DNA from: the human T2T-CHM13v2.0 reference genome, Homo sapiens
Assembly: GCF_009914755.1 (NCBI RefSeq)
Contig: NC_060928.1
Direction: 5' to 3' (one strand)
Length of the DNA stretch: 64,000 bases
Shown here: positions 1-12,170 of the stretch, one piece after another
Layout: each line of letters begins with the position of its first letter
Position numbering within the stretch: position 1 is the first letter of the stretch
The notes under the pieces: generated by a model
Told to the model about the DNA's origin: nothing
What the model saw: only the letters and a program-made list of their open reading frames with translations
The model's database searches: none
Position numbers and translations under genes: made by a program

Positions 1-2444
1 GATCAGGATTCCTAGAATTGAAGATTATTAAGTCAAACCTTGAGGCTGAGTTTAGTTTTCAAGGAGGCTGTGACCTCAGGGCATGATTACTACAAAGGCA
101 TCATATCAATTCTGTGCTGTGCTTTTGTTCTTGTTTTAATTATAATTTAACCAGAAGAAAATATTTCAGATGTGCTCAAGCAATATTTTCACAGTTCTTA
201 AAGCATTTCTTTATTATCTTCAAAAACTTACACTAGTTATAATGACATCATGGTTTTCATGGCATTAAAAAGAATAGAAAGCATTACTTTTCAGGCCAAC
301 AATAGAAAGAAAAAGTACTTCCCATGCCTCTATTATTTTCTGTTTGTCCAGGTCTATCCAAAAAGAAATGTGCAATTTTCCCTAATTTTTAACCATCTTT
401 AAATTTAATTTTTAAAAATTATTATATCAAAGAAGAGATACTTGGGAAAAACTATAATCAAATTGATGTATATAAAAAGCAAACTGTGACCAGGTGGTAC
501 TTATAATAATAAATAAACATGAATGGTTTAATTTAACTACAAATAACTATTATTAAAAATATTATTTAAATTTGAAAACTCTTTTTTTTGTTTGTTTGTT
601 TGTTTTCTACTTTATTCCAAGATCACATCCTTGGATATTCTTTGTATAAAATAATTAGTCACAAAAGAGAAATACAGATTTTTAAAAAATGAAAAAGGCT
701 TGACATATGTATGATTCTAGCCATATGAAAATTAGACATGAGATGTGAAAATGATCAAGGACTATGCCAAATCTTCCCTCTTCATCCTAAATAAGCACAA
801 ACTGCCTGCCTATTTGAAGAAGGAGGAAAGGTGGATGATGTATCCAATAGCTCAGACCTGGCATAGGCAAGCATACAACACTAGGTACATTCTGTCAGCT
901 CTCAAGGGGCCACTGCTTGACCAAACCTCAGGAAGGGAGCAATGAAGTCAACAGTAGTTCTTCCAGACTAATTAAACTGGAGGACTCTCATCATTCTTCA
1001 TTCTGAAAGGGGCCAATGTCTGTTGCTTTGTTCCTACTCCCTGGAAATTAAAGGATATAAGAGTTTTAAGCGTCTTCCAGTCCTGGTGTAGCCTGGTGTA
1101 GGTACCTGGAGGTGAAACATTGCTTCGGTCCTTTATTCTTCAGACCTTCTAAAGTCTCAAATCAGCATGTAATCCATGAAGGCACAGATATCTCTTCTGT
1201 CTCATCAATAACACACACAACACCTTCTGTGGACATCTTCCACAGGAGGAATAGGTGAAAGGCAACAGGTCTTCAGACATCGAGTTCTCTCATTACAGCA
1301 GATATGCAAATGTCAACATGTCGAAATCAGCCCTCAAAAACTTTCTTTTCTAAATCCACTGTTAATAGCTAAAAACTTATGCCTATTTTTAGTATCAAAC
1401 ATTTCATTTACCAGATTAAGCTGTATCACAGCTCACAATCACCAGTCAAATGTTCTCAATCATAGGCATATTGGCTCATATTTTTTAAATGGACTTTTTA
1501 AAAAGTGCCTCTGCAGCTAGACTTACTAAAATAGGCATGGCAAGAATATGTTTTTGAAGGGATCAAATCACAGAGCAAAAGTCTTAAGGCAGGTAACTAG
1601 GGCTGTTTTCATTGTAACTTTGCAGCTGCCCACAAAGACTTCATTTAGTCCTGCTCAAAATCTAACAAAGGTAAAATGTCTCTGATATTAACCAGATGTG
1701 ACTATCAGATATTTTAGAAGAGAGGCTCTCTTTATGGTTCCCAAATTGTTAACCTCAAGCTTCCAAGAACCCCTACCCTACCAGTAAAGATCTCTGTTAG
1801 ATGCCTCAGGGAGCTCAACAGTGGTATGAACTGAGGACAAGTCAGGAGGGAGAGTGTTTTGACCAGACCTTTCCTGAGTTTATCCAATTTACACTCTATT
1901 TTATTAGATAACCTCTAGTGATTTCATCTGAACGAAGAATTACAAATGTTAAAAAAAAAAAGTTGAAAACCTCTGTCCTAGATAAACCCCCTTGATCTTA
2001 AAATCAGCCCACAAGGAAATCACTGAGCTAGGTAACCCAGTAGAGCCATTAGCTAGTCAGTTCTTCCACTCACAACCAGTTCCCTCTGACGACAGTCCAG
2101 AGGAATTAGCAAGGAGATGCTGTTCTAGCAAGTTGAAAAAAATCCAATTTCTTTAGATTATGAAACACATCACATAAAGCCTACTAACCAAAAAAACCTT
2201 TATTTTGGCAAATTGTAGACCACAAAATATGATTGTGAGCTGCCACTACTCACAGGGGAGATTTTATGGTATTAGAGAGTAAATGCCAGGACTCTGTGGG
2301 AGAAATCTATTTCATCTGGGATTCTCATCCAGAAGTGTCTTCCCAAGAAGTGTGTAAAATGCCTGCCATTGTCATGACTCCTGACCACCAGACTTTCATT
2401 TCAAAGGTGTAGAAGTAGGGAGGAAAAGCACATCAACACCCCCT

Positions 2445-3110
2445 TGCCAAAGACCACCAGAAGCACGTCTTTAGTTAACAAGCTGGGTTTGTTACACGTT
2501 GCTGAGATGGAGAACGTACAGCAGAGGGAACCATGAGCATCTCAGTAAGAGACTGTTGAAAAGAACCTATTATTAACAGCATTTGGGCTTTGGCTGGGTA
2601 ATTTTGAGAAAAGTCTAAAGAAGTAGAGCATTTTTCTAGATTGGATGCTATCAGAAAGTGGGGACGATTCTATGATTGAATATCTCAATAATTCTTACCT
2701 ATAATTAGGGCAGACTAGAGCAAGGATAAAGCTGTAATTGGTAAAGGATTAACAGTCACTCATACATGATAATATTGACTGAGAACAGGAAAGGGTCAAT
2801 GCTAGACAGAAAAAGACATTGTTCTTGATTGTTCACACTGGGTAGGAATCATTGTCAATTCCTTTGTACAGGAAACCCTGTTGATTTCAGAAACTCACTG
2901 AGTAATATCTATGTCTAGATCATATTCCAGGCCATAGCTACATACGTCACTCAAGGCATTCTTCTGTCCTCTTTGATAAAGCCTATGTTAAATTGCCTTT
3001 CATGCTATCATCTCATACAGTTACCTGGATAGGTAATATGATGATTTCAGTCACATTTCTGATGTCCAGAATGGGCGAAATCAGCTAAGTGTCACTGCCT
3101 GTTTCTCAAA
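2445..3110. mobile_element. Probable ancient LTR-class repeat remnant, family uncertain
   Basis: The segment AACAAGCTGGGTTTGTTACACGTTGC...GGGAACCATGAGCATCTCAGTAAGA resembles old ERV-type LTR consensus sequences from memory; boundaries are approximate. Confidence 0.35.
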
Positions 3111-3977
3111 CTATCTATGGTGAAGAGACAGTTTTTCTCCCCAGTCAGTACCAGACTAGTATTTTAGTACATATAAAATAAATACAATTTGATAAAATAA
3201 AAACTAATTACTAGAATAATAAAATGAAAAAAGACAGAAAACACCAACACATTTTTAAAACTGTTATTATTAGACCCAACAGACACATTAACTGTCAAAA
3301 TTGCTATAAAAGTTCCTAAACACTTAGCCTGACTATTGGTATTTGTCTTGTCACAAACCTGAGTCTACGTAGCACACTTAACCCTCAACCACAAAACTGA
3401 AAAGCAACATATGGGTATTAAATTTGAAAATGAAGAATTGAAGCCACCGCACAGAAAGTACTGCATCTTGCGTTCATAAAGTAATGTTATTTGGACAAAT
3501 TCTGACAGAGAATCTGCTCATTTCCCACATTAGCATTCTGTGAGGAAGCTAAAGAACACTTTCAAAATACTTTCTTTACGAAGATATCCAAAGTTTCCAC
3601 ATAAGGAGTAAAATACGGTCATTTTGAAGGAATCTATGCTTCTTTGGAAAGTTTTCAGAATACTTTGAACAAAATAAGGAAATAAAATCTTCCAATGTAA
3701 TACAAGGAAAAACATTAACAAAAAAAAATGCTAAAATATTTGACTTTTGTTTCTTGGAATAATGTCGTCTTCGCATTATTCCAAGAAACAAAATTGTCAC
3801 AAATTAAGCCAAAATGCATATCTTTGACAGCAAAATGCTTTCTAGTGTCTTTTTCTGAACTTAAAATGTAACATAACAATGAAGCCTCCTTTCCACCTCC
3901 ACCTTCCAAACTATGCAGAAGCCATGGCTGCACTCCCAGCACCTGCAAACATACGCACAAAACAGAAGGAGTCTTAC

Positions 3978-4384
3978 CAGACCATCACAGTTGCTGATGG
4001 CAACAGAGGTTCCTGGAATGTCCACGATGTCACCAACATAAGCACAGTTAGTCTGCAAAGGCTCTGTTTTCCGGATTCTATACGTAGCACTTCCTGGTTG
4101 ATGGTTGTTAATGGGATCGGTTATATTCCCAGGCACCAGAGATGTCTCATGCCACTCCACAACAGCCCCAGGAGCTACTAGTTGAGTGTTGGGCTTTAGT
4201 CGCAGATGAAAATCTTTTCCAAATGCCGTGATGTTAAAGAACAACTGCTCAGGGTTGGAAGACACGTCCCTCGCTGACCTCTTTTTGTGACTCGCAGAAA
4301 GAGTATGGGAGAGATAGCGTCCTTCTAGATTTGTGCTGACTGGAGTCACCAGCTCATACTCTCTATATCTCTTTATTGGTAAAT
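3978..4384 (-). CDS. ADAMTS3: ADAMTS3 coding exon 3 (407 nt; pro-domain, codons 33-168)
   Basis: Translates to (D)LPIKRYREYELVTPVSTNLEGRYLSHTLSASHKKRSAR...LFFNITAFGKDFHLRLKPNTQLVAPG...CAYVGDIVDIPGTSVAISNCDGL, a reprolysin (M12B) propeptide recognised as ADAMTS3. Acceptor CCACAG| at 4385, donor CTG|GTAAGA at 3977. Phase-1 start matches the end of exon 2. Confidence 0.98.
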
Positions 4385-4914
4385 CTGTGGGGTGAAAAAC
4401 AGAACTGTCAAACCCTGTACAATAAGAGAACACAGGAGAACATAACACAGACAAAAGCTGCCCACCTCACAAGACCATACTTCAATGTGCATAATATAGA
4501 CATTCCTGAATCAGCTCATAAATATTAAATTTTGAGAACAAAAATCATTTCTCAAATGCATTTAAGTAACCCTGTGTTCAATGAATCATTTTTTACTTAA
4601 AATAGTATTAAAATTACATTGTAAATATTTACATCTCATTAATACATTTGCAAACACGAATATAATGTGTCCATAAACTATAAATGGCTTGCTTAAAATC
4701 AAGGCATGCCCTTAATTAATTTATTATTGGCATAACTGACATCTGCTAAAAACTTTTAACAAGGTTATTATGTAGAAAAAAGAATTCTGATTGTTTTCAT
4801 TTTTTCCCTGTAGAAATCCTGGAATTTAGACTAATTACAATAACTATATTACATGAGTCTGTAATGTATACACTGTAGCTTACAATGCTGTAATTTATAC
4901 ACATTTTTTCCACC

Positions 4915-5060
4915 ATAACAACCCTAACAACCATACTTCACAGGTGAGAAAACTGAGATTCAGGGGTAGGAGGTCCTTTGTCCAAGGTCAAACAACTGCA
5001 AAGCCTGAATATAAATCCAAGTTGTACTCCTAAGCCCATACACTCATTCTATCCTACCAT
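4915..5060 (-). mobile_element. MIR SINE fragment
   Basis: CACAGGTGAGAAAACTGAG...TTTGTCCAAGGTCA is the reverse-complement MIR core. Confidence 0.6.
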
Positions 5061-5450
5061 GCTTTCCTCCATAAACCTCCATTTTTAGAAAATTAGAAGA
5101 ATGGGTAAAGAAGACATAATAATCTTTAAATCAAATATGCAGGTACTGGTTAGTCAAGAGGGAACAGCATTCTCATTTTGCACCTTATTCCTTAAGTGGG
5201 ACAGATATCTATTAGAATATGAAAGAGTATTTGGGACCCACCTTACAATATGGGCAGACACTTACATGTTAAACTGAATTTCACAATTAGCACTTAAACC
5301 CCTGGCTTAGCCAAATATAAGTATTTTGTCTATCAAAATGCAAACACCCTTGGGAAATAGAACACTTTAAAGGAACTATTATAAGAATGATTTTAAGACC
5401 ACAGGACAATGGATACTAGAGAAGGAAACAAGCAGCAGGGCAACAAGGGT

Positions 5451-5543
5451 AAAAAAAAAAAAAAAAAAGAAGAAGAAGAAGAAGAAGAAGAAGAAGAAGA
5501 AGAAGAAGAAGAAGAAGAAGAAGAAGAAGAAGAAGAAGAAGAA
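5451..5543 (+). repeat. A18 followed by an uninterrupted (GAA)25 microsatellite in ADAMTS3 intron 2
   Basis: A-run 5451-5468 and perfect GAA units 5469-5543 read directly. Confidence 0.98.
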
Positions 5544-7049
5544 GGCATAGAAAGGGAAATCTAAAAACATGAACTAAAAAGTTTCCCACTTTCACAATTC
5601 TAGCCTTACGCTAATCCTATAGTGTGTTAAAGTGCCCTAAAAAATGGTATGATTCACAAAACTGCTCACCTATGGAGATCACGAGTTTTGTCATCCAATA
5701 ATGTATTTAGAGCATGAGATCTGTAAATGAACCTACGTCTTATGCTCATAAAGTATCCTTGTAGAATCACTATTTTCATTATTTTCTTGCTTTTTAAAAA
5801 CCTCAGGCAATAAGTGAAATGCCAGAAGACAAATAAAGGCATTTACTTGTGCAACATTTTAATTCTTTCTGTGCATGTTTGCTGTAATTATGCCTCTTAA
5901 AATTACCAATGTATTTAAATGAACTATCCCATTTTACTAAATGAATACAGCAAGCAACACTTGTAAATATTTACTAGGCAAAGAAGCAGTGAGGACTGTA
6001 GTATGAGTCAAGTGAAGCCTGATTCCAAAACTGGACAGACAGTGCAGTCCCTGCTGAACTAGACTAGGCACCAGTATAAACACAGACTTGGTCTTCCAAG
6101 AAGGTTGTGAGGAAGATTTGGTCTTCCTCCATGGTGAATACTTTTATAAACTCTGGTTTAGAGAGAAAAACAAACTCAAAATATAAGAGAATGAGCACAA
6201 GTGTCACGGGTGCAGAGTGACAGAGGGGAAAGTTTCCAAAGTAAGGAGATGAATCAAGCCCTTGTATGTGTACTGACAAAACATAGCCCAAATTAACTAC
6301 AAAGTCCTTGAAGACAAAGAACTCCCCATTCAACTTGGTACTCCCAATACCATCATACAAGATTTTGTATGTGTCAGGGTGTCTTGCCAGTTGAATTTGT
6401 TTGATGCTTATTAAGTTAGTAATACCGGTAACCAGAGAACACTCGCCTTGTCTAAGCTGCTACACACACTGACTTACAAGACACATTACCCAGGCCCATG
6501 AGTGTCTGGCTGTCCCAGTAATCTCAGTTATAGCTTTTTCTCTAACCATCGGCTGACCATTTCAAGGGAAAGAGGAAGCAGTGCTTAATTTCAATGTATG
6601 GATTTCCCATCTCCACTGAAGGGAATTCACAAAACCAAAGTCTAAATCAGTATATTGTACTGATGCATGGATTAAGTGACTAGAGAACAAGAACATTTAG
6701 AAAAACGCAGGGAGCCTTCTCCATACCCAAGAGGATACTCACAGCCTCATACATACAGTAAGCCATACATCCTAGATGTATGTTCCATTTTTATACTGTC
6801 AGGTATTATGTTCTAAATTTTTATTCAAAATATGAATGGTATGTTTCTATAAAGCTTTATTTTCTCTAATGCTAAATAATAAATCATTCCTAAAAAGTAT
6901 ACATAATAAACATTTCTTAAATGTTTGAATGAGTCATTTTTCTGTTGGCAATTAAGGTAATGAGGAAAAAGATACGATTGGCAACCCTTTGGATTACCAT
7001 CTCCTGGATGGTAGTTAATGGAACTACCCAGTCACCTGCCATTTATTAG

Positions 7050-7245
7050 CAGAAAAAGCTCCAAGCTCTATGATTTGTGTTTGAGAATATATCATCTCTA
7101 ATACTCACAACAATCACAGTAGGTAAATCCTATTACCCCTATTCTATAAACGAGAAAGCAGACCTAGAAGACTTGACACATATAAGCAAAGAGCCAAAGG
7201 AAAATTCCTGTTCTGATCATTTTGACTCTGAAGACCATGCTCCTA
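7050..7245 (-). mobile_element. MIR SINE fragment
   Basis: ATACTCACAACAATCACAGTAGGTAAATCCTATTACCCCTATTCTATAAACGAGAAAGCAGAC resembles reverse MIR. Confidence 0.55.
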
Positions 7246-7589
7246 TGCTCTCGTTCACTTCTGAATAGATGGAGCATCTTGCTGTCAAAGTCTAATTTAA
7301 GATCTGATTTATAAAAGAGAACTACCACAAGAATTACAATGTTCTACCTACCTGCAGCCAGTCAACCAATTTTTCCTCTAGTGTAGCATCAGAAATTTCT
7401 GTAAAAGGCTCTTACATTCTAGGTTTTGGAGGAAGAAACTGGAAGGAGGGGCAGAAGCTCAAAGCAATCAAAAGAATTTTAATCTCAGATTACAATCACA
7501 GAAGTAAAACCAAATTATATCCAACGTTAATTTACTGCATTCATAATTTTCACATTTTACAGGCCCAACTACTTTCACAAAGCAGGAAA

Positions 7590-7790
7590 GCCTATGGTTA
7601 TTGAATGAACTGCAAAGTCAGAAAGCACTAAGTTGAGTCCACTTGTGATCTTCAGCAAGTTCTTTATTTTCTCTTAGGCTCAGTTTCCTCAACTGTTAAC
7701 TGGAGGTTAGTAATAGTTACAACTTCATAGGTTTGGTGAGAGTTTTACATAAAATCATGTAGAAGATTCAATAAATATCAGCTATTACTA
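7590..7790 (+). mobile_element. MIR SINE
   Basis: TGTGATCTTCAGCAAGTTC...GGCTCAGTTTCCTCAACTGTTAA...ACTTCATAGGTTTGGTGAGAG matches the MIR core. Confidence 0.65.
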
Positions 7791-7944
7791 ATTTAAGTGT
7801 AAGTTAGCCACTCATTAAAATAATGTTGTGGTTCAACTTTAAAGTTAGAAACTATAAAACTGTTAGCTGAGGTGGCTGAGGGGCCACAGTAATAGGTATG
7901 TGAAGGCTTTTGTGGGCCGTAAGTTCCACAGGCACAATTTCGAA

Positions 7945-8470
7945 TGTGCTTCTTAACTGTTCTCCTTGCTTCTGCTCTTCCCCTTAATGGATTATCCTCA
8001 AAATAGAGCCAGAATAATTAAAGTGTCAAATCTTATCACTCTTCTCCTCAAACCCATCCCACTCAAAGTAAAATGGCTCATAAGGTCCCAGGGCTTGAAG
8101 CTGGGGATTCTCACATCTCAAAGATTTTGTACTTGCTGATTCCTCTGCCAAAGGATCTTTCTCTCAGCTGCCTGGCTCACTCTCTCAATTGCTTCAGACT
8201 TTTGCTTAAATGTGACCCTCTCAGTGAAGTCTTTCCTGACCACCAGCAACCATTTTACCCTCTGTCCCCCTTCTGTGTCTTACCTTTCGCCATAAATCCT
8301 GTCACCATCTGACATCCTATAAATTTTACTTATGTGTTTATTTATATATTCTTATATCTACCAGCATATATACTTCATGAAGGCAGAAGATTTTATCTGT
8401 TCTCTTCACCTCATTTCCCCACTGCCTAAAAAAGAACTTGAAGTTACTCAATAAATATCCATGAATAGTC
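7945..8470 (+). mobile_element. L2 LINE 3' fragment
   Basis: AAATGTGACCCTCTCAGTGAAGTCTTTCCTGACCACC...CTTCATGAAGGCAG...CTCAATAAATAT...ATGAAT is a typical L2 3' end. Confidence 0.65.
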
Positions 8471-10169
8471 ATTTTATCACCAAGCCATTAATGACGGCAA
8501 ACTGTACAAGTCATCTACCTCTAAAGCCAGAATTTTGCTTGGAAAGCTTGTGTATATTTCTCACAGTTGCTGCTGCCCTACAAACCAAACATTTCTTAGT
8601 ATCCAGGTCTTACCTTTTAAGCTACCAAAAACAAGAAATGGATCTAATCATTAAAACAGACCTCCTGTAAGACATACACAGAGCCCTGCATTCTTAAGAG
8701 CAGGAAGCAGGAAATTAGCCCCCACTCTGCCATCTCTTTGGATATTCATAGAATTATAACTATACAGGTCAAAAACTAAAAAGACCCAGAAGTTAGGGTC
8801 CCTAATCCCTGCTCTTTCTTACAGTTCAGACATCTCAAGTAGATGGGATTATTTTTTCTCAAGTTAGTGGTAGAGAGCCTTTAACCTGCTCCTGCTCTCT
8901 GGAAGGAAAGGTTTTTCTCTGAGCACTCCAGGCTGCTCTCTATCCCTTCACTCACCCTTCCCTGGTGGAGAAGAGTGAATTATGTGGTTGGGAAGTCTGG
9001 GAAGCATAAGAAATTTGCAAACCTCAGCACCTCCTCCTCATTCTGCTTCCTGGAAATGAGTCTGATAAGGGGTACATGTTCTCTTCCACTCAGCCAGGGG
9101 CAGCGCTGCTCTGGATTGGGGAGGCCTGACAGGCACAGGGTGGAGTATTAGTAGCCAGTGCACTTGCCTGTCAAAGTGGAAGCCTCATTCTCCACTTCAG
9201 CCTTTTCTGTAAAAGATATTTTCTTTTTACCTACATCTTTAGTTTTTCTATTTCTCAACTTGTTCAGAAGCTAGGCAGTCAAGAAGGGTATTTTTTATTC
9301 AGGATCTCCTCAGTAACTTGAACTACCCCCAAGAAAAACTGTTGTCATATCTCCACTGGCAGCCTAATTATAATGTAAAAAAATTTTCTTGTCAGGGAAT
9401 TCTCTTTTATCTAAATTCCTCATTCTAGAGTTTAATGTAATGCCTTCTTCCTCCTTGTACTGTGTAAAATAACCACATTTTTGTATATATGTGCATGAGT
9501 GTATTTGTGATATGCATATAAATTTGTGCAGACATATGCAGTTAATATGCACAACCTACATCAAAAGCTTTGAAGAGGCAATGTTCTTTATTTCAATATA
9601 CTTAGAAATTTTTTACTTTCTATGTTAATGTCAACCATGTTAGATTTTCCTAGTGGTTTCCAAACTTTAATCATTATGCCTTTACACATATCTGTGTTTT
9701 AGCATGATACCCTGCAAATAGTAAACCCTCAATAAATATAGGTTAAAAGAAAAGTTCCCTTAAACTATAACCTGAACGGCTCTGTTCTCTATTGAGAATA
9801 ACTTGTCTTACTCTCTCTTCATCCTTAATATACCTAAACCAAACTGAATGTTCACCTATTTGGCTTGCCCTCCTGACTTCGCTATTTCTGTTCATGATGT
9901 GCTGATTCTCCCAAATCAGGCTAGAGAGCTATTTTATACATGTCTTATAACTTTCCTCCATATGACATCATTCAAGTCCTACTGCTGTTTCTTTAGCAAT
10001 TTCTCTCAAACTAACCCCTTTTCTTCTAATTGCTTTTAAGATCTCATCACCTCACACTGAAAAGCTGCAAGTACCAAGTCCAAATTCCCCACACAGAATT
10101 TCTCACTACTAAGTATTACACAAATTATACCAAAATACTGTCTAAATTGCTGTCAGGAAAATTATTTTA

Positions 10170-10370
10170 AAGGTCCAGATTGAAAATACTTAGGTTCTAC
10201 CACTTACTACCCTAGTGATTTGGGTCACTACATTAGCTCTTATCTGTAAATTACGGGTAACAGTATTGACTTCATAGGCTTGTTGTAAAATTTAAATGAG
10301 CTAATCAATTCACAGTGCTTACAACACTGTCTGGCACATAGTAAATATTCAATAAATGCTGGCAATTAAT
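10170..10370 (+). mobile_element. MIR SINE
   Basis: CCACTTACT...ATCTGTAAATT...CATAGGCTTGTTGT...TTAAATGAG...CTGGCACATAGTAAATATTCAATAAATG. Confidence 0.75.
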
Positions 10371-11020
10371 GTCACTACATTATTCCACCTAACTAGCCTC
10401 AGTAGCTCACCATCACTTTAGGATAAAAGATATAGATTCACAAAATCTGTATCTTTTTCACGTCAGACCTAAAATTTGCTTAAAGACCATCTACTAATCA
10501 AACCCTCCCACTTCAAAAGTAGAAAACAGAAAATCAGAGATTAAGTAACTTAACCCAAATAAAAACTTAGGTTTGGTATTTAAAGCCCTCTGCACTCTGC
10601 CCCTTATTTCTTTTCAATATCATCTCTCGTATTAGCCTATTGAAATATTCTGTCTAATGTGCTCACAAGACCTGGCTTAAGCATGCCTACGTTCACAGCC
10701 CTACACTGCAGCATCACTACAGTAGAGGATCACTGTTTTCTCTCCACCAAGGCAAACTGAATGGGGCCGCCAAGGCCTATCTCAAGCCCCATCTTTTCCA
10801 AGAAACCTTCTTGGCAACTTATCCACAGAGTACAGACCTCCTGGCCTGAGCTTCCATAGCACTCCCTGTCAAGGCATTTAACAAAAACTCATGCAATGTC
10901 TGTACAAAAGTTTTTTAAAAATCTCTGTGGGAGAAGAGTTATATGCTTATGTTTCATCCTTTCAGAAACTATAAGATCTTTGGGTCAGAAGTATAATATC
11001 TTAACTATGTTTAAATGGCT

Positions 11021-11443
11021 TGGTATGTTTGGATCTGTGTCCCCACTGAAATCTCATGTCAAATTGTAATCTCCACGTGTTAGAGGAGGAGCCTGGTGGG
11101 GGTGATTGAATCATGGGGGTGGACCTCCCCTTTGGTGTTCTTGTGATAGTGAATGAGTTCTCATGAGATATGGTTGTTTAAAGGTGTGTAGTACTTTCCC
11201 CTTAGCTCCCTCTCTCCTGCTGCCACATGAAGATGTTCTTGCTTCCCCTTCACCCTTCCACCATGATTGTACGTTTCCTGAGGTCCCCCCTGTCATGCCT
11301 CCTGTATAGCCTATGGAACTGTGATTCAATTAAACCTCTTTTCTTCAAAAATTACTCAGTCTCAGGTAATTCTTTACATCAATGGCAAAACCCGCAATTA
11401 CTTTTGCACCAACCTAAGAGCAGTGTGAGAACAGACTAATACA
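11021..11443 (+). mobile_element. MaLR solo LTR, MST family (MSTA/MSTB-like)
   Basis: Starts TGGTATGTTTGGATCTGTGTCCCCAC, contains ATTAAACCTCTTTTCTT, ends GAGAACAGACTAATACA. Confidence 0.88.
11381..11417. mobile_element. Half MADE1 / solo Hsmar1-type terminal inverted repeat nested in the MST LTR
   Basis: AATGGCAAAACCCGCAATTACTTTTGCACCAACCTAA equals one arm of the MADE1 palindrome and interrupts the LTR 3' end. Confidence 0.9.
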
Positions 11444-11944
11444 TAGCCTTAGTGTACATTACAGGAAGGAAGGAAGGAAGGAGAGGGAGGGAAGTCTAAC
11501 CAATGGCTCTGTCTGGAAGTGGAGCTTCTTGGGAGATTGCTCTGTGCTGGGGCTGGTAAGGTGCACTGTATGACATATGACAGACACAGTGGCCCATGCT
11601 CTAGGATCATCTTAACTCCTTTACATGTTCAGCCAGATATGCTACAACTTGAAACAGATATCTTGGTTTCCTTCTAAGTATGTAGCAGAATGAGACACAA
11701 ATATCCCCTAGGGGATACTAGATGTCCCCAATACATTGCAAAGACCACACTATAGAACTGTAAAAGAACAAAAGTCTTCAGTAGTACTGTCAACATTGCA
11801 GTGACTTTGAGCGACTTCAGTATAAATCTCTTATATGTCACACAAATTTTTAAGCGTCTAATCAATACCAAAGCTACCCCAGGCACATAGAATATTGAAA
11901 TACTTGTGATTGATGCATATGGCTCCAAGCAAGGAAGAGATTTG

Positions 11945-12170
11945 GGTATGATGGTTGAGCACTAAAGGTCTGGAGTCAGAAAGCATTGCATTTGAACTCT
12001 AGTTCCTGACTGATGCACGCTTTGGCATCTTACAAGCAAATTCTGAAAATTAAGGCTCGCAGAGGTTATCTGTAAAAATAAAAATAATAATGGGGACCAA
12101 ATGAAGTGAAGTATACAAAGGACTTGGTCCATCTAATAACACTTTAATAAATGAAAAGTGAGCTGTTATC
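11945..12170 (+). mobile_element. MIR SINE
   Basis: GATGGTTGAGCACTAAAGGTCTGGAGTCAGA...TTTGAACTCTAGTTCC...ATCTGTAAAAAT. Confidence 0.6.

Noticed and set aside
4372-4377. AATAAA on the gene strand at the start of exon 3
   Set aside because: It is coding sequence (CCA ATA AAG), with no sign of a downstream cleavage element.
3861-4454. 197-aa ORF as a stand-alone gene
   Set aside because: Only 4384-3978 is exonic; the flanking residues are intron read-through beyond clear splice sites.
5379-5570. Poly-Phe ORF
   Set aside because: Artefact of translating the (TTC)n/T-run microsatellite.
11464-11482. (GGAA)4 run as an EWS-FLI1 response element
   Set aside because: At the minimal length and very common genome-wide.
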